A stretch of DNA of 64,000 nucleotides from Eledone cirrhosa. Taxonomy: Eukaryota. Made by a program: the position numbers and the translations under genes. Numbering within the stretch: position 1 is the first letter of the stretch; the number at the start of each line of letters is the position of its first letter. The notes beneath the pieces were generated by a model. That model made no database searches. It had not been told where the DNA came from and saw nothing but the letters and a program-made list of their open reading frames with translations. The stretch lies in contig OZ024748.1 of NCBI GenBank assembly GCA_964016885.1, positions 22,258,001 to 22,322,000 of the forward strand, read 5' to 3'. Of this stretch, positions 29,585 to 42,300 are shown piece by piece.

Positions 29585-29870
29585 GGACAAAATAAAAACA
29601 CACACGCACATAGAACAAACAACTTACAATTGAAAACACACACAAAATGAAAACACACACAGGACAAAATGAAAACACACACATAGAACAAACAACCAAC
29701 CAACAATAAATAAATAAATAAATAAACAAATAGAAAAATGAACACAAACACACACAGACACCCGGATGTGGCACATGCGCAAACTGAGCACACAACACAC
29801 ATACAGAAACAAAATGGCGTAGGATAGAAGAAAGAAAAGGCACAGAAACGAAGAGAAGAAAGGAATCCCC

Positions 29871-29915
29871 AGTCACCGAAGAGGTCACAGAGTGTGTGAC
29901 GAAAGGACCATGACT
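29871..29915 (+). ncRNA. Mutated copy of the PLE hammerhead
   Basis: agtca-CCGAAGA-g-gtcaca(gagtg)tgtgac-GAAA-ggac-CA-tgact; two core T>C changes. Confidence 0.7.
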
Positions 29916-30169
29916 ATATATATAAACAACTATCTGGTTGTGGAACCAACCAACCAACCAGAAATTTATAGGTTTGTAGATTTGTAAATTTATAAATTTA
30001 TAAATATATAATAAATTGAAGTGAAAGCAACTGGTGCGTGTGTTTCTTATTGGCAACATGACCCTCCCAAAGTATAACAATATATATATATACATATATA
30101 TATATGTATACATATATATATGTATATATATATATATGTATATATATATATGTATATATATATATATAC

Positions 30170-30281
<112 letters not shown>

Positions 30282-30619
30282 AATGGATTCTACAGGAATA
30301 GAACTGTTTCATCAGGTTTGACCCACACCTTGTGAGTGAAATTGAGTGGACTGTAACTAAATGGAAACCCGTCGGAAGGACTGTGCCAGTAATTCAAAAG
30401 GGCCACGTTGAATTTCCAAGAAAATTACAAGAAGGGTACACGTCTATGCGGAATGCTCAGCCACTTACACATTGGTTTCATTCATGAGCATGCTGTTCTC
30501 TTGATCGAACAACCGAAACAATCATCGTTGAAATTGAAGGAAGTCCATTCAGTGTGTGTGTTCGTGAGTGCGTGTGTATGTATGTATGTATGTATGTATG
30601 TATGTATGTATGTATGTAT

Positions 30620-31025
30620 GAGATGACCCCTTAGCCTTTGTCAAGGCAGAATTCTAGGAGAAGGAAAACTCTGATATAACACCTGCAACCCTGATGGTAT
30701 CCAATGATGTTGACTTGTTCTTCTTTTTGGTAAATATCATCTTGGTTAAGAGAGTGGGACTGGCTTTGTGCAGTGCCTTTGCTCACTATAAAAGCTTCAC
30801 GGCACAGGCATTGCTTTATATCTGGAGATCTCTCTGGACTTGTCATCACATGGTACCATGGGCCCAGCACTATGTGTCAATAATTGTCACAAGTGTAGTG
30901 TTTGTACCAGAGTTTTCAAGTCGCTGGCTGGACTAATTAGTCACACTCGTTCAGTGCATCGGTAGGGGTTCTCCTACATGGATATAAAGTAGTGGCCGTA
31001 CTCGAAAACGAGTTGGCAGCCACCA
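30620..31025 (+). mobile_element. Non-autonomous RTE-like element in (TATG)n
   Basis: ctaggagaaggaaaactctg (RTE-5'UTR-like); homologous to 61695-61890; 3' hairpin ctcg-aaaa-cgag then (TATG)n. Confidence 0.55.
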
Positions 31026-31089
31026 TGTATGTATGTATGTATGTATGTATGTATGTATGTATGTATGTATGTATGTATGTATGTATGTA

Positions 31090-31221
<132 letters not shown>

Positions 31222-31968
31222 TGTGTGTGTCTAAAATATTGTGAGAAAGAATCAGTAAGTGGCCTCTCACAGTCGATATATAAATAATCAGTTGTGAAGA
31301 GTAATGTTTCATGGGTGTTGTGTGACTCAAATAGCTGCTGATATATTTTTACATACATACATATATACACATATATATATATATTTATATTTATACATAC
31401 ATACATACACATATATATATAGTGGAGATTTCTCTAAGTATCTATCGTTGTATTGTCTTACTTCCTTACGGTCAGAATTCGAATCTACCGTGAATGAACC
31501 TGGAGGGAGTGTTGTTCAGGAGTAAATTAACTCCCAAACTTTACTTTGTACGGTGAATGGAACCATTCATGTGTTGGGTAGTTTCGGATTTCTTCACTGT
31601 AGCCCCCTTGCTTTCCCAGCATGACTATATTAACCGAGCTAACTATTCCACTAAAGACTTTAAATACGGTGCTCCATGATGGCCAGTGTGTAATGAGTGA
31701 AACCAATAAAAGAAAAAGAAAAGAATATATATATATATGCATGTGTGTGTACCTGTATATGTGTGTGTATTATATATATATATATATATTTTGTTATTAT
31801 TTTATTATCTGACGTGAATGCGGCCATGCCGGGACACCATCTTGATTTAGTCGAACGTATCAATCTCAGTGCTATTTTCAAATCAGGTAGTTATTTCATC
31901 GATCTCATTTTTGTCGAATTACTAGTTACAGGAAATAAGCACAGACACACACGTAATCGTATACGCGG

Positions 31969-32003
<35 letters not shown>

Positions 32004-32021
32004 CACACACACACGCGCACG

Positions 32022-32106
<85 letters not shown>

Positions 32107-32161
32107 GCAGTATAGAACGAAATAAAATAAAATATGTTTATATATATATATATATATATAT

Positions 32162-32337
32162 AACAATTAAGTTAAAGATGTACATCCATATATGTATACT
32201 GAAATACTAGTATGTATATGAATACACACACGTATACATATGTAGATGTACATCTTTAACTTAATTGTTTAAGCGTCAGTCATACAAAAGTGAGTTACAA
32301 ACGAAACGAAGTTTAATTTCGTTTCGTTATTTGTTTG

Positions 32338-32338
<1 letters not shown>
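32162..32338 (+). mobile_element. Small fold-back element in (TA)n (family E)
   Basis: aacaattaagttaaagatgtacatc / gatgtacatctttaacttaattgtt arms, ~68 bp tail with aacgaaacgaa/ttcgtttcgtt hairpin. Confidence 0.5.
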
Positions 32339-32370
<32 letters not shown>

Positions 32371-32391
32371 TCACACACATACGCATATATA

Positions 32392-32422
<31 letters not shown>

Positions 32423-32440
32423 GCATATATATATATAGAG

Positions 32441-32476
<36 letters not shown>

Positions 32477-33085
32477 GCATGTATGTACGTGTTTGTGCCG
32501 ATGTGTGTGTATAAGCACGGATGCTTCAATAACAAAGAAATCAGAACGAATTAAGAGGCGATAATTTGAATAGCTGTTAAGAGCTTTAGGCAGGACTCGA
32601 ACGCTGTACGCTGGCTGGCTGATTTATCTTATATCTTACATAGACGATATTTTACATCCCATTACATCCCATCATCTCAACTATAGAGATATAGTCGAAG
32701 TACTATAGCATTATTTTACTGTTGCTTTTAGTCTGTCTTATTAAATAAGCGATGTCTTTAATGTGCTTTGTTTGTGCCTGACAAATGGGCGTTAACGACG
32801 ATTTCTTGGCGTTAACAATTGATCTAGTCAAGTGGAACGTATTTTCGTTGTATTGTGTCTGTTGTATCTCCTCCATCTTGTAACGGATGAGACAGAAACT
32901 TTACATCAACATTGCTCTTGATATAATTTCCACGACAACTCTACACTATTTCCCTCCAGCACATCCCGGCCCTTCAACGATTGTCTGTCTGTTCATCGGA
33001 AGTATACTCGCATAAGGGAAAAACTATCCGGTTGCATGTATTGTTATTATTATTATTATTAGTAGTATTTTTGTGTTTTTGTTGT

Positions 33086-33275
33086 GGTGGATTTACAGCA
33101 TAGAGTTACGGTCCTGTACGGTCTGAGTTCAAATCCCGTCGAGGTTAGCTTTGCCTTTCATCTTTACGGGGTCGATAACATAAAGTACCAGTAATGCACT
33201 GTGGTTCTATTTAATCGACTTTTCCTTTCCCCCTAATATTTCTTGGCCTTGTACCTAGAGTAGAAACAATTATTT
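33086..33275 (+). mobile_element. SINE family A
   Basis: B-box and body. Confidence 0.8.
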
Positions 33276-33659
33276 GTTGTTGTTATTATTTTGTGGTGGT
33301 GGTGGTGGTGGAAGTGGTGGTGGTTGGTGGTGGTGGAAGTGGTGGTGGTTGGTGGTGGTGGTGGTGGAAGTGGTGGCTTTGGTAGAATCGTGAGAACATA
33401 AGAAGGAATGCTTTGCGGTATTCATTTGTTTTTCTTTTCTTTTCTGAATTTAAATCCCGCCAAGACCGACTTTACCTGTTATCCTTCGGGGGGTGGGGAG
33501 TGTCAGTAAAATAATGTACCCGCCAAGTACCGGGATCGATATGATCTATTATTGTGTCTATGTAAGCAATTATAATTAGGTTGGTGGAACTTCCACGTTA
33601 ATATTCTCTTGAACATTGGTTATTATGAAAAGTTTTGACATTTCCACAGAAACTAAATA

Positions 33660-33842
33660 ATTATTTCTACTTTAGGCACAAGGCCAGCCATTACCCAGTG
33701 CATTACTGGTACTTTATTTTATCGACCCCGTAAGGATGAAAGGCAAAGTCAACCTCGGCGGGATTTGAACTCAGATCGTAAAGGGACGTAACTATGCTGG
33801 AAAGCATGGCGTCCGACCCTCTACCGATACTGCCAATCCACC
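33660..33842 (-). mobile_element. SINE family A
   Basis: Reverse complement is nearly identical to 7265-7442. Confidence 0.85.
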
Positions 33843-34349
33843 AACCACAGAAACTAAATAATTCACAGAAATCTTTTCCTTGTCAGTGCTACCGAGAGAT
33901 ATTGTCATGTCGCAACAAACCCTACAGTTAGGTAAATAACGTCAGCTAAGCCTCTCGGATGAAACTCTTTTGAAGGCGGACGTCTAGTGCCCGAACATTA
34001 CTGATTTGGGAGTTTTGCCGAACAGCTGTCCAGCTATTGGTCGTGATTAAAAAATAATTCTACCTTCGAGATATATTTTATAAATTCTCCTGCTTCACAT
34101 ATCTTAATTTACATATGCATTTGTATATATGGCAACACGTTTTTGTAATACATTTGTATATACGTGTTCGTATATATGAATGGCCCTTCGTAGAGATACC
34201 AGAATGATGTACACATTGACCTAGTACCAACGTCTGATAGTAATAATGTCAGACCTTTCAACTCTCTCCGTCCGACGGGGAGATCACCCACCCACTTTGG
34301 GGTGGGTGAGAGATGTCTTCTCTTGTGCAAATGAGTATAGCTTTCATTT

Positions 34350-34472
34350 GCCATTCTGAGTTCAAATCCCGCCGAGATTAACTTTGCTTTTCATCCTTAC
34401 GGGGTCGATAAAATAAAGTACCAGTAATGTACTGGATAATTGCTGGCCTTGTGCAAATAGTAGAAACAATTA
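34350..34472 (+). mobile_element. SINE family A, 5'-truncated
   Basis: B-box through gaaacaatta. Confidence 0.8.
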
Positions 34473-34656
34473 TGTAAAATCTCCCAATTTTGCCTCATTT
34501 TTACCCGTTTTGCGGCACTTTTTTTCAAGGTACTCCCCATTTGGGGTTTTAGAGGTTGGCAGGTCTATAATGTTATTTACAGACAACTGGCCTCCAATTC
34601 TATTCTAATGGGTGATGCAGCTCAACCAACTGTTGTGTCTTCTCGTGTTATAAGGA

Positions 34657-34862
34657 TTTCTAGTATAGGCACAAAGCCAGTAATTTTCGGGGGGTTGATA
34701 AAATCGAGCCCAGTACGTTACTGGTGTTTTATTTTATCGAACCCGTAAGGATGAAATGCAAAATTAACCTCGGCGGGATTTGAACTCATACCGTAAAGGG
34801 CCGTAACTCTATGCTGCAAAGCATGGTGTCCGACTCTCTACCAATACTGCCAATCCACTGCC
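34657..34862 (-). mobile_element. SINE family A
   Basis: Reverse-complement A/B boxes and body. Confidence 0.8.
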
Positions 34863-35031
34863 CTTCTCTCGTGTTCTCATAACATGTATTACCACTCTTG
34901 CTCTCAAAACGCCAAATTTCACTTATATTTCACATCGAAAAGAACTGGTCATATTTACGGTCATGAAACAGCTTCATAATGCAAAATTATGTCAAATGTT
35001 TCCGTTTACTTTTCGATTGTATACTTATGTA

Positions 35032-35114
<83 letters not shown>

Positions 35115-35259
35115 CGTGTATTTATTTAGCTTCGATCACATGCGTATAATTGAAACTAAGACTTTGTGTTTGTCTGGTCTATTCTTGAACCCCCCCCCCC
35201 CATACATACACACACATACTTTCTCTCTCTCTTTATATATATATATATATAAATATATA

Positions 35260-35433
35260 AATTAATAAAAATAATGAATAAAAACTTTATATTAAAAAAT
35301 TCATCATTTTACGATCGTTTCTAGGATATATATGTGTGTGTTGGTATGAATATCATATAGATCTATGTAAAAATTTTACAAACTATCAGAGGGAATATAC
35401 ATACCTACACATATATATGGTGTCTTCAGAAAT
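35260..35433 (-). mobile_element. Family D single arm with long-stem-II hammerhead motif
   Basis: - strand: attt-CTGAAGA-...-ctaGAAA-cgatcg-TA-aaat; diverged homologue of 26620-26820; in (TA)n. Confidence 0.7.
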
Positions 35434-35588
35434 ATATATATATATATATATATATAGTACAAAATTATTATGTCATCACAAACGTGCAGACACGCACGCA
35501 TGCAAATGCAATCGCTCTGAATATATATATATGGGGTGTGTATGGGTGTGTGTTTGTGTGTATATGATATATATACATACACATACAT

Positions 35589-35651
<63 letters not shown>

Positions 35652-35665
35652 GATACATATATATG

Positions 35666-35698
<33 letters not shown>

Positions 35699-35715
35699 GT
35701 ATATGTAGATACATA

Positions 35716-35758
<43 letters not shown>

Positions 35759-35783
35759 GTATATGTAGATACATATATATGTG

Positions 35784-35846
<63 letters not shown>

Positions 35847-35965
35847 GTAGATACATATATATATGTATATATATATATATATATATATAAATATATACAT
35901 ATATATATATGTATACGTATATGTATATACATATATATATACATATGTATATGTATATACATATA

Positions 35966-36039
<74 letters not shown>

Positions 36040-36490
36040 CACACACACATATATATATATACATATATATATACACACACACACATATATATATATATAC
36101 ATATATAAATGTATGTATGTATATTTATATATATTTATATAAATATGTATGTGTGGTATCTGTGTGCTTATACGTATGTACATGTGTGTGTATAGACACC
36201 GTAATGAGATTAAAATAAAAAGAAATGCTTACAGCAGTGACGTAGATGACTTTATTATTATTATTATTATTATTGAATGCCATGGTTGACGGAGGCTCGG
36301 CTCTGTAAGGTATAGTAATTTTTAACCGTTAAAACAATTGTAAATTGTTTAAAACTTGAACCTAATTGTTGATAAAGACACCCTCCTCCTCGTGAGAGGG
36401 GTCTTTCTGCCCGTTATTTGGCCCTTCGGGGTTAAATAACCAGTTATTGGGGTTTTGTACCCAAAATTTCATTTTAAACAAAAAAACAAC

Positions 36491-38584
36491 ATGGCTACGA
36501 AAAAGAAATTTCATACGTCACTCCCACTCATTCCGTCTTCTTCCTCAATCATCACTACAGCAGAGAGAAGATTGTCTCTCTCCCTCCCTTCTTTAAATGT
36601 GTCTCTCTCCCTCCCTTCTCTTTCGCAAGCAACGAAAGAAAAGAAAAGTCTCGTGCAAAGCGTGCAAGGTTTCTCCACGACGACGACGACAGCGACGAAA
36701 CAGGTGTGCGGGAAATACGAAAACCCAGTTCATTCGTCTGACGTCAGGAATAATAGCAGTAGCAGCCGTAATAACAACAGCAACAGTGACAATGAAAACA
36801 ACAGTAGCAGCCGCAACAGCATCACCAGCAACATAAACAACAACAGCATTAGCAGCAGCAACACCAACAACAACCACAGCAACAGCGGCGGAGGCAGTAG
36901 TCGTAGTACCTGCAGCAACAACAAAAGTACCAGCAGCTCTGACGACAACAACAACAGCAGAGAAAAACCAATCTCATTTGCAGGTATTGCGAAAAACTTG
37001 GAAACAATCCTCATAACAAATGAGGAATTAGAGGAAGCGAAGAAGATGGTGACAAAGAACGGACACCGAGCAATCTGCAAGGCAGCGAAAAATTTTTTCG
37101 AAACCCAAGAGCACTGTACGGTCACGTACCGTACAGTAAGTACAAAATCCCGTAGGGTGGAAAGAGCCACAGAGGCCCAAATACAAAAAGCCTTGGGGTC
37201 TGTGTGGCAGAGGAAAACGCACATCACCCGAGGCAAAAAATACGCCACCGTAGACGTACTTTTTGCCACACCCCAGGAGGCAAAGGCCCAATCAGTAGTG
37301 ACCCTAAGGAGCGAGGAAATGGTGTTGGTGCCCTCCTACTGCGGGCAAAAAATTGTGAGGGTCAAACTGACCCACGTCCCCCCCGGAATGACCCCTTCTT
37401 GGCTGGCCGCGTCTGTCCTCGTCGGAATCGAGGACAAAACAACTGTACTGCAAGTACAGAAAAAAGTAAGAGAAGATTGGGTCGGCTCCTCCATTGAGAT
37501 GCTAATCCAAACCAACCAGGAGTGCATCGAAGCTATCCCGGATGTGATAGACTTCGATAACGGCACTCAACTGCCCATAAGTGTTGAGGGCAAACGCCCG
37601 AAATGCTTTCGCTGTGGATCGAAGACTCACCTCAGGGCCTTCTGCAACGAGAAGACCCTGAGAAAGGAGAAAACCCCCCTCCTCCCGAATCCGGTTCCAC
37701 GGCTACCAGCAACAGGACAAGCGGCAACCAGGAACGATAGGTCCGTGGCACCCATACCCACTCCACGGAAATCAAAGACAGCAGCAGCAGTGGAAATATT
37801 AACAACAACAACAGCAATACCAAATGCAGCTGCAACAGAGACTCCAGTGCAAACATCACCAACAACAACAAGTGAAAGAGTGGAGCTGGTACCCCTCCCC
37901 GACCTTACAGAATCAGACATGGAGTGTGAGGTGGGAGAGGGATGGCAAAAGGTCTCAAGAAGGCACAAACGCAGAAGCAGCGCATCGTCGCCTTTGAAAA
38001 GGGAGGAAAGAAATGAGAAAAGGGTAAAGTCTACTGCAAAGAGACCCACAGCAGCAACACCACCAACACCATCACCACCCACACCAGCACCACCATCACC
38101 ACCGGCGACAACCCCACCGCCAACAACACCTTCAACACCACCACCACAAGCACCAACATCGCAAACACAACAACAAAACACACACACCCAGCAACAACGA
38201 CAAGAAAATAGCAGAACCACACCCCACCCCCAGAAAAACAAATGCACGGCAATAAACACACACAACAAGAAACTAATGACTTACATAATTGAACACACAG
38301 ACATTTCACAACAGGACTACATAATACCAGCACCAATCAAAACGCCAACTAACATAAGACTGCTAAAAATAGCACAGAAACAATACACAAACATTAAAAC
38401 GAAATTCCCCAACGCAGTTGGTGATTTCAGGGACCTAGGAGGAACCATTAATCGAAGAGTATATTCAGACATTCTCTTAGAAGAGCCGACGACCAGCCGA
38501 AGGGACGATTCAACGGTCCCTTCACCAGACGATCAAGTGAAAAGGGATGTAAAAACCATCCCTCCTCTACCAAAAATACGGTAA
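36491..38584 (+). CDS. ORF1 gag-like protein with CCHC zinc knuckle
   Basis: In-frame ATG (acaacATGG) giving MATKKKFHTSL...; CFRCGSKTHLRAFC. Confidence 0.9.
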   Translation: MATKKKFHTSLPLIPSSSSIITTAERRLSLSLPSLNVSLSLPSLSQATKEKKSLVQSVQGFSTTTTTATKQVCGKYENPVHSSDVRNNSSSSRNNNSNSDNENNSSSRNSITSNINNNSISSSNTNNNHSNSGGGSSRSTCSNNKSTSSSDDNNNSREKPISFAGIAKNLETILITNEELEEAKKMVTKNGHRAICKAAKNFFETQEHCTVTYRTVSTKSRRVERATEAQIQKALGSVWQRKTHITRGKKYATVDVLFATPQEAKAQSVVTLRSEEMVLVPSYCGQKIVRVKLTHVPPGMTPSWLAASVLVGIEDKTTVLQVQKKVREDWVGSSIEMLIQTNQECIEAIPDVIDFDNGTQLPISVEGKRPKCFRCGSKTHLRAFCNEKTLRKEKTPLLPNPVPRLPATGQAATRNDRSVAPIPTPRKSKTAAAVEILTTTTAIPNAAATETPVQTSPTTTSERVELVPLPDLTESDMECEVGEGWQKVSRRHKRRSSASSPLKREERNEKRVKSTAKRPTAATPPTPSPPTPAPPSPPATTPPPTTPSTPPPQAPTSQTQQQNTHTQQQRQENSRTTPHPQKNKCTAINTHNKKLMTYIIEHTDISQQDYIIPAPIKTPTNIRLLKIAQKQYTNIKTKFPNAVGDFRDLGGTINRRVYSDILLEEPTTSRRDDSTVPSPDDQVKRDVKTIPPLPKIR

Positions 38585-38619
38585 GTGGTCTTTCCCATCT
38601 TTTCCACTCTATTTTAAAC

Positions 38620-41600
38620 ATGACCTCACTCAGAATAGGCAGCATAAATGCGCGTGGCTTGGGGTCGTCATGGAAGCAGGGTCACCTGCTCAACGACCTC
38701 AGGTCACTAAACATAGATGTAGTGGCCATCAGCGAGACCAGAATCTCCGAAGCACGGGCCTTCGCACCGATCTTCGGCGGCTACGATGTGTACGCATCTC
38801 CCAGCCGTCCTGGATCCGGTGGAGGAGTTGCTGTACTTTTTCGGAGAGGTTTGGATCTCGCCATACGGGCCATCTTCCTGGACCCAGAGGGTAAGCTGGT
38901 GGTGCTGGACGTGACCAGCGGAGACGGGCAAGCTTTCAGGCTAGTGGCCGTCTATGCCCCGACAGGAGCAGGGCGGCCTGATTTCTTCCGGCGTCTGGAG
39001 ACCTTTCTTGGAACGTCCCGCTCTTTAGTGTTAGTGGGCGACTGGAACGGGATCTTAGATGCACGCTGGGACTGTGTGGGATTAGCGGATAGGGGTGGAG
39101 GGTGCAAGAGCCTCACCAACCTGCTCAGGCGTTTTGAACTGTCTGACAGGTACCGATTGGATTTCCCGAATGTGCCAATGTGGACTTGGACAAACCGCAT
39201 AGGGTCATCCAGATCATATCTAGATAGAGTATTTTGTAGGGAAATAGATAGGTCTAGCATAGGCTGTCCACAATTCAAGATAGTCAGCTACACGGACCAC
39301 AAATTCGTGATCTGTGTGCTTGACTTAGATAGGCTTCATAGACGAGGACCCGGCTACTGGAAGCTAAACGCGTCCTTACCAGCGCGCAAGGCCTACAGAG
39401 ACCGGATTAGCGAACTAGTTAAGCGGGCGTTGACGGGGGCCATCGTCAACAACAAGTGGTGGTTTGCTCTGAAAAGAGCGATTAGAATAGAATCGATTAG
39501 GTTTAGTAAGGCTTTAGCAATAGAGAAAAATAGAGCAGAGGGAGAACTAGTTAGAAAATTAGACGAGGCGCTTAGCAAAGGCATTGCGACCGACGTGCTT
39601 GCGGCGAAATTGGCCCTTGACCAATTCTTCAATGCAAAGCACGAAGGCTGCGTTGTCAGAGCTAGGGTGCGTGCTCTCAGACACGAGGGGACGAAAGCCG
39701 TTCAATGGGCCCGAGTGGCGGAGGCGCGTCGTGGCAACAAAGCCACGATCCGGTCTTTGGTGGACCACGACGGGCGCATGCTACTCGATCCCGGGCAAAT
39801 GTGTGAAGCTTTTCAGCGACACTTCGCTCAGCTGTTCGGGGGCAGCGGGGGGCCGGGTAGAGGGATGGACTTTAGTGTCTACCTCGACGGGCTGCCGCGG
39901 CTCTCGGCCACTGAGGCGAGGTGTTGCGAAAAGCCGATAACAGCCGCTGAAGTACGGGAGGCAATGACTGGCTGCACAAGGGGTAAATCGCCTGGTTTGG
40001 ATGGTCTGCCCTATGAACTTTACGTACAGATGCCAGACTTGTTCGGAGGCCTCTTGGCGGACGTCTACTGCAACTGGCAACAGAACGGGAGAATTCCCAG
40101 TTCTGTGAGCCGAGGAGCGGTGGCACTGCTGAGAAAGGATCCGAACAAGGGGGATAACATAGACAATTTCCGGCCCATAACTCTGCTAAACACAGAGTTT
40201 AAGATTTTGGCCAAGGTGCTAGCAAAGAGGTTGGCGCTTGTCGTTGGTGGTCTGGTGGGAGAGGCGCAGACATGCGCCATTCCCGACAGATCCATCCACG
40301 ACAACCTCCACCTCATGCGATACATCGTAGAGAGGGTAGCTAGGGAACCTGGCACGGGTGGGTCCTTGATCAATTTAGATCAGTCGAAAGCTTTCGATAG
40401 GGTCGACCATCGTTACCTAGCGGCAGTCCTGAGGGCGGCTGGCTTTGGGCCCGTCTTCAGAGGCTGGATCGCTGCCATGCACAGCGACATCTGCTCTGTG
40501 GTGAGAGTGAACGGTCACCTGTCGGAACCGTTCAACATCATGCGCTCGGTCCGCCAAGGATGTCCCCTCTCGTCCCTCTTGTACGTATTGACTCTCGAGC
40601 CATTACTGCACAAACTGGAGACGTTGAGGGGAGTCCCGCGCGAACTAGGATGCGGAAGATCCGTGTCAGCATATGCGGACGATGTCACCGTAGTGGTGTC
40701 GAACGCCAAACACATCGAGGCGATCGGCACTACACTAAGAGAATACGAAGCGGTGACAGGAGCAATGATCAACCAGGAAAAGTCAGTGGGCCAGCAGCTC
40801 GGCACCTGGAGAGGCAGGTCCATGCCGTCCAACAGCGTCGTCGGGCGCTGGACGGACGGACCGGTTAAATTGCTAGGGGTCTGGTTCGGTCCGGACCTCC
40901 AGATGGACAAAAACTGGGACGAGGTGACGAGCAGGGTGGCTTCTCTCACCCAGAAATGGGCGGAGAGGAAGCTATCCCTGAAAGGTCGAGCGGAGGTGGC
41001 TAACGCGTACATCGCGTCTGTCATCTGCTACCGCCTAACCGTCGTACCTTGTCCTAAGCCTCGCCTGACTGCGCTGGAGCGTTTGCTCTTTCGCTTTTTG
41101 TGGAAGGGACGTGCTCCGATGGTCAGGCGGTCCATCTGTTGTCAACACCCGCTACGTGGAGGGCTGGGCATGCCGTGGCTGATGATGCGCAGGCACGCGC
41201 TCAGGCTACGACATCTCCACCTCTTCCTCGACGGTGATCAGGTGTGGTCGCCGTTTGCTAGACGCGTTTTTCCCCAACTCGTTTCCTTGACGGAGCTGCA
41301 GTCCTGGGTCAAGCGAAGACCGAGAGGGAGCGCCTGGAGACTGGAATGTCTTCAGGCGCTCACAGCCCTCGACCAATCGGGCAATGTGATCGGTGGAAAC
41401 TCCACCTCGGCGTTCTATAGAGGATTAGTGGAGGGGAAGAGCGACGACGTACTTGGGGAAACTCTAGGCGTCGACGAAAATCAACTAGCCAATCTCTTCG
41501 GAAGAACTTTCGGGCCGGGGCCTATGGACAACTTCCAGAAATCTCTGGCCTGGCAGTGCTACCGAGGAGCTTTGCCAGTTCGGGATAAACTCTACAGGCA

Positions 41601-42039
41601 TGGAGGTGCCGTCAGCCGGGCATGTCCGAGATGCGCGCAGGGCGACGAAACCGTCCTGCACGCACTCGTCCAGTGTCCGAAAATTGCTGACTTGTGGGTT
41701 TATGTCGAACACCTGCTGTCGCGTTTAGGACGGATCCAGCTATCATCTGAGTCTATCGTGAGGATTGCCCCGCCCTCCTCCTTTAGCCGGGAAGGGCAGG
41801 CAGTTTTTATCTGTCTGGTGGCCATGGCGAAAGAGATAGTATGGTGGACACGTTTGAAAGGGCTGAAGACGAGCACTTACCTCTTCGGTGATGCTCTGAT
41901 TGACTTTTTCAAATTTCATTTGAAAAGGAAAATCAGAGTAGAGAAGGAAGTGCTCTCTTCCCAGCATTTTGTTGAAAGATGGGTGAGAGAAGCAAGAATG
42001 GCCCGAGTGAATGGGCCGACTCTGAGTATATATCTGTAA
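38620..42039 (+). CDS. ORF2: APE endonuclease - reverse transcriptase - Zn finger, 1139 aa
   Basis: Same motifs as copy 1; three amino-acid differences seen (K/R, L/Q, T/M). Confidence 0.97.
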   Translation: MTSLRIGSINARGLGSSWKQGHLLNDLRSLNIDVVAISETRISEARAFAPIFGGYDVYASPSRPGSGGGVAVLFRRGLDLAIRAIFLDPEGKLVVLDVTSGDGQAFRLVAVYAPTGAGRPDFFRRLETFLGTSRSLVLVGDWNGILDARWDCVGLADRGGGCKSLTNLLRRFELSDRYRLDFPNVPMWTWTNRIGSSRSYLDRVFCREIDRSSIGCPQFKIVSYTDHKFVICVLDLDRLHRRGPGYWKLNASLPARKAYRDRISELVKRALTGAIVNNKWWFALKRAIRIESIRFSKALAIEKNRAEGELVRKLDEALSKGIATDVLAAKLALDQFFNAKHEGCVVRARVRALRHEGTKAVQWARVAEARRGNKATIRSLVDHDGRMLLDPGQMCEAFQRHFAQLFGGSGGPGRGMDFSVYLDGLPRLSATEARCCEKPITAAEVREAMTGCTRGKSPGLDGLPYELYVQMPDLFGGLLADVYCNWQQNGRIPSSVSRGAVALLRKDPNKGDNIDNFRPITLLNTEFKILAKVLAKRLALVVGGLVGEAQTCAIPDRSIHDNLHLMRYIVERVAREPGTGGSLINLDQSKAFDRVDHRYLAAVLRAAGFGPVFRGWIAAMHSDICSVVRVNGHLSEPFNIMRSVRQGCPLSSLLYVLTLEPLLHKLETLRGVPRELGCGRSVSAYADDVTVVVSNAKHIEAIGTTLREYEAVTGAMINQEKSVGQQLGTWRGRSMPSNSVVGRWTDGPVKLLGVWFGPDLQMDKNWDEVTSRVASLTQKWAERKLSLKGRAEVANAYIASVICYRLTVVPCPKPRLTALERLLFRFLWKGRAPMVRRSICCQHPLRGGLGMPWLMMRRHALRLRHLHLFLDGDQVWSPFARRVFPQLVSLTELQSWVKRRPRGSAWRLECLQALTALDQSGNVIGGNSTSAFYRGLVEGKSDDVLGETLGVDENQLANLFGRTFGPGPMDNFQKSLAWQCYRGALPVRDKLYRHGGAVSRACPRCAQGDETVLHALVQCPKIADLWVYVEHLLSRLGRIQLSSESIVRIAPPSSFSREGQAVFICLVAMAKEIVWWTRLKGLKTSTYLFGDALIDFFKFHLKRKIRVEKEVLSSQHFVERWVREARMARVNGPTLSIYL

Positions 42040-42300
42040 ACTAAAGGTGGAAAACTGGGAGAGGGCACTTGCCTTGGTGGTCAGGGTCATTGTGGCTTTT
42101 TACTGGGCTTTCTCCACAAATGTCCCTCCGAAGTCTCCCCCCTATTGGGGAATTTTTCATTGTTATTTTCATTGTTATTTTTGTTACATCCTCTGTTTTT
42201 GTTTTTTTTACACGCAGAAATGCCCATTTGTACCGTCCTGCATTGTCCTGCACTGTCCTTAATGTCTACTTTATGTAAACCCTTGTGGTTAATAAAGAAA

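Larger units (their letters stand above)
27736..30083 (-). mobile_element. 5'-truncated Penelope-like retroelement with an ~880 bp inverted duplication, in (TA)n
   Basis: Arms 27792-28673 / 29202-30083; GIY-YIG ORF; hammerhead in 3' UTR. Confidence 0.92.
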
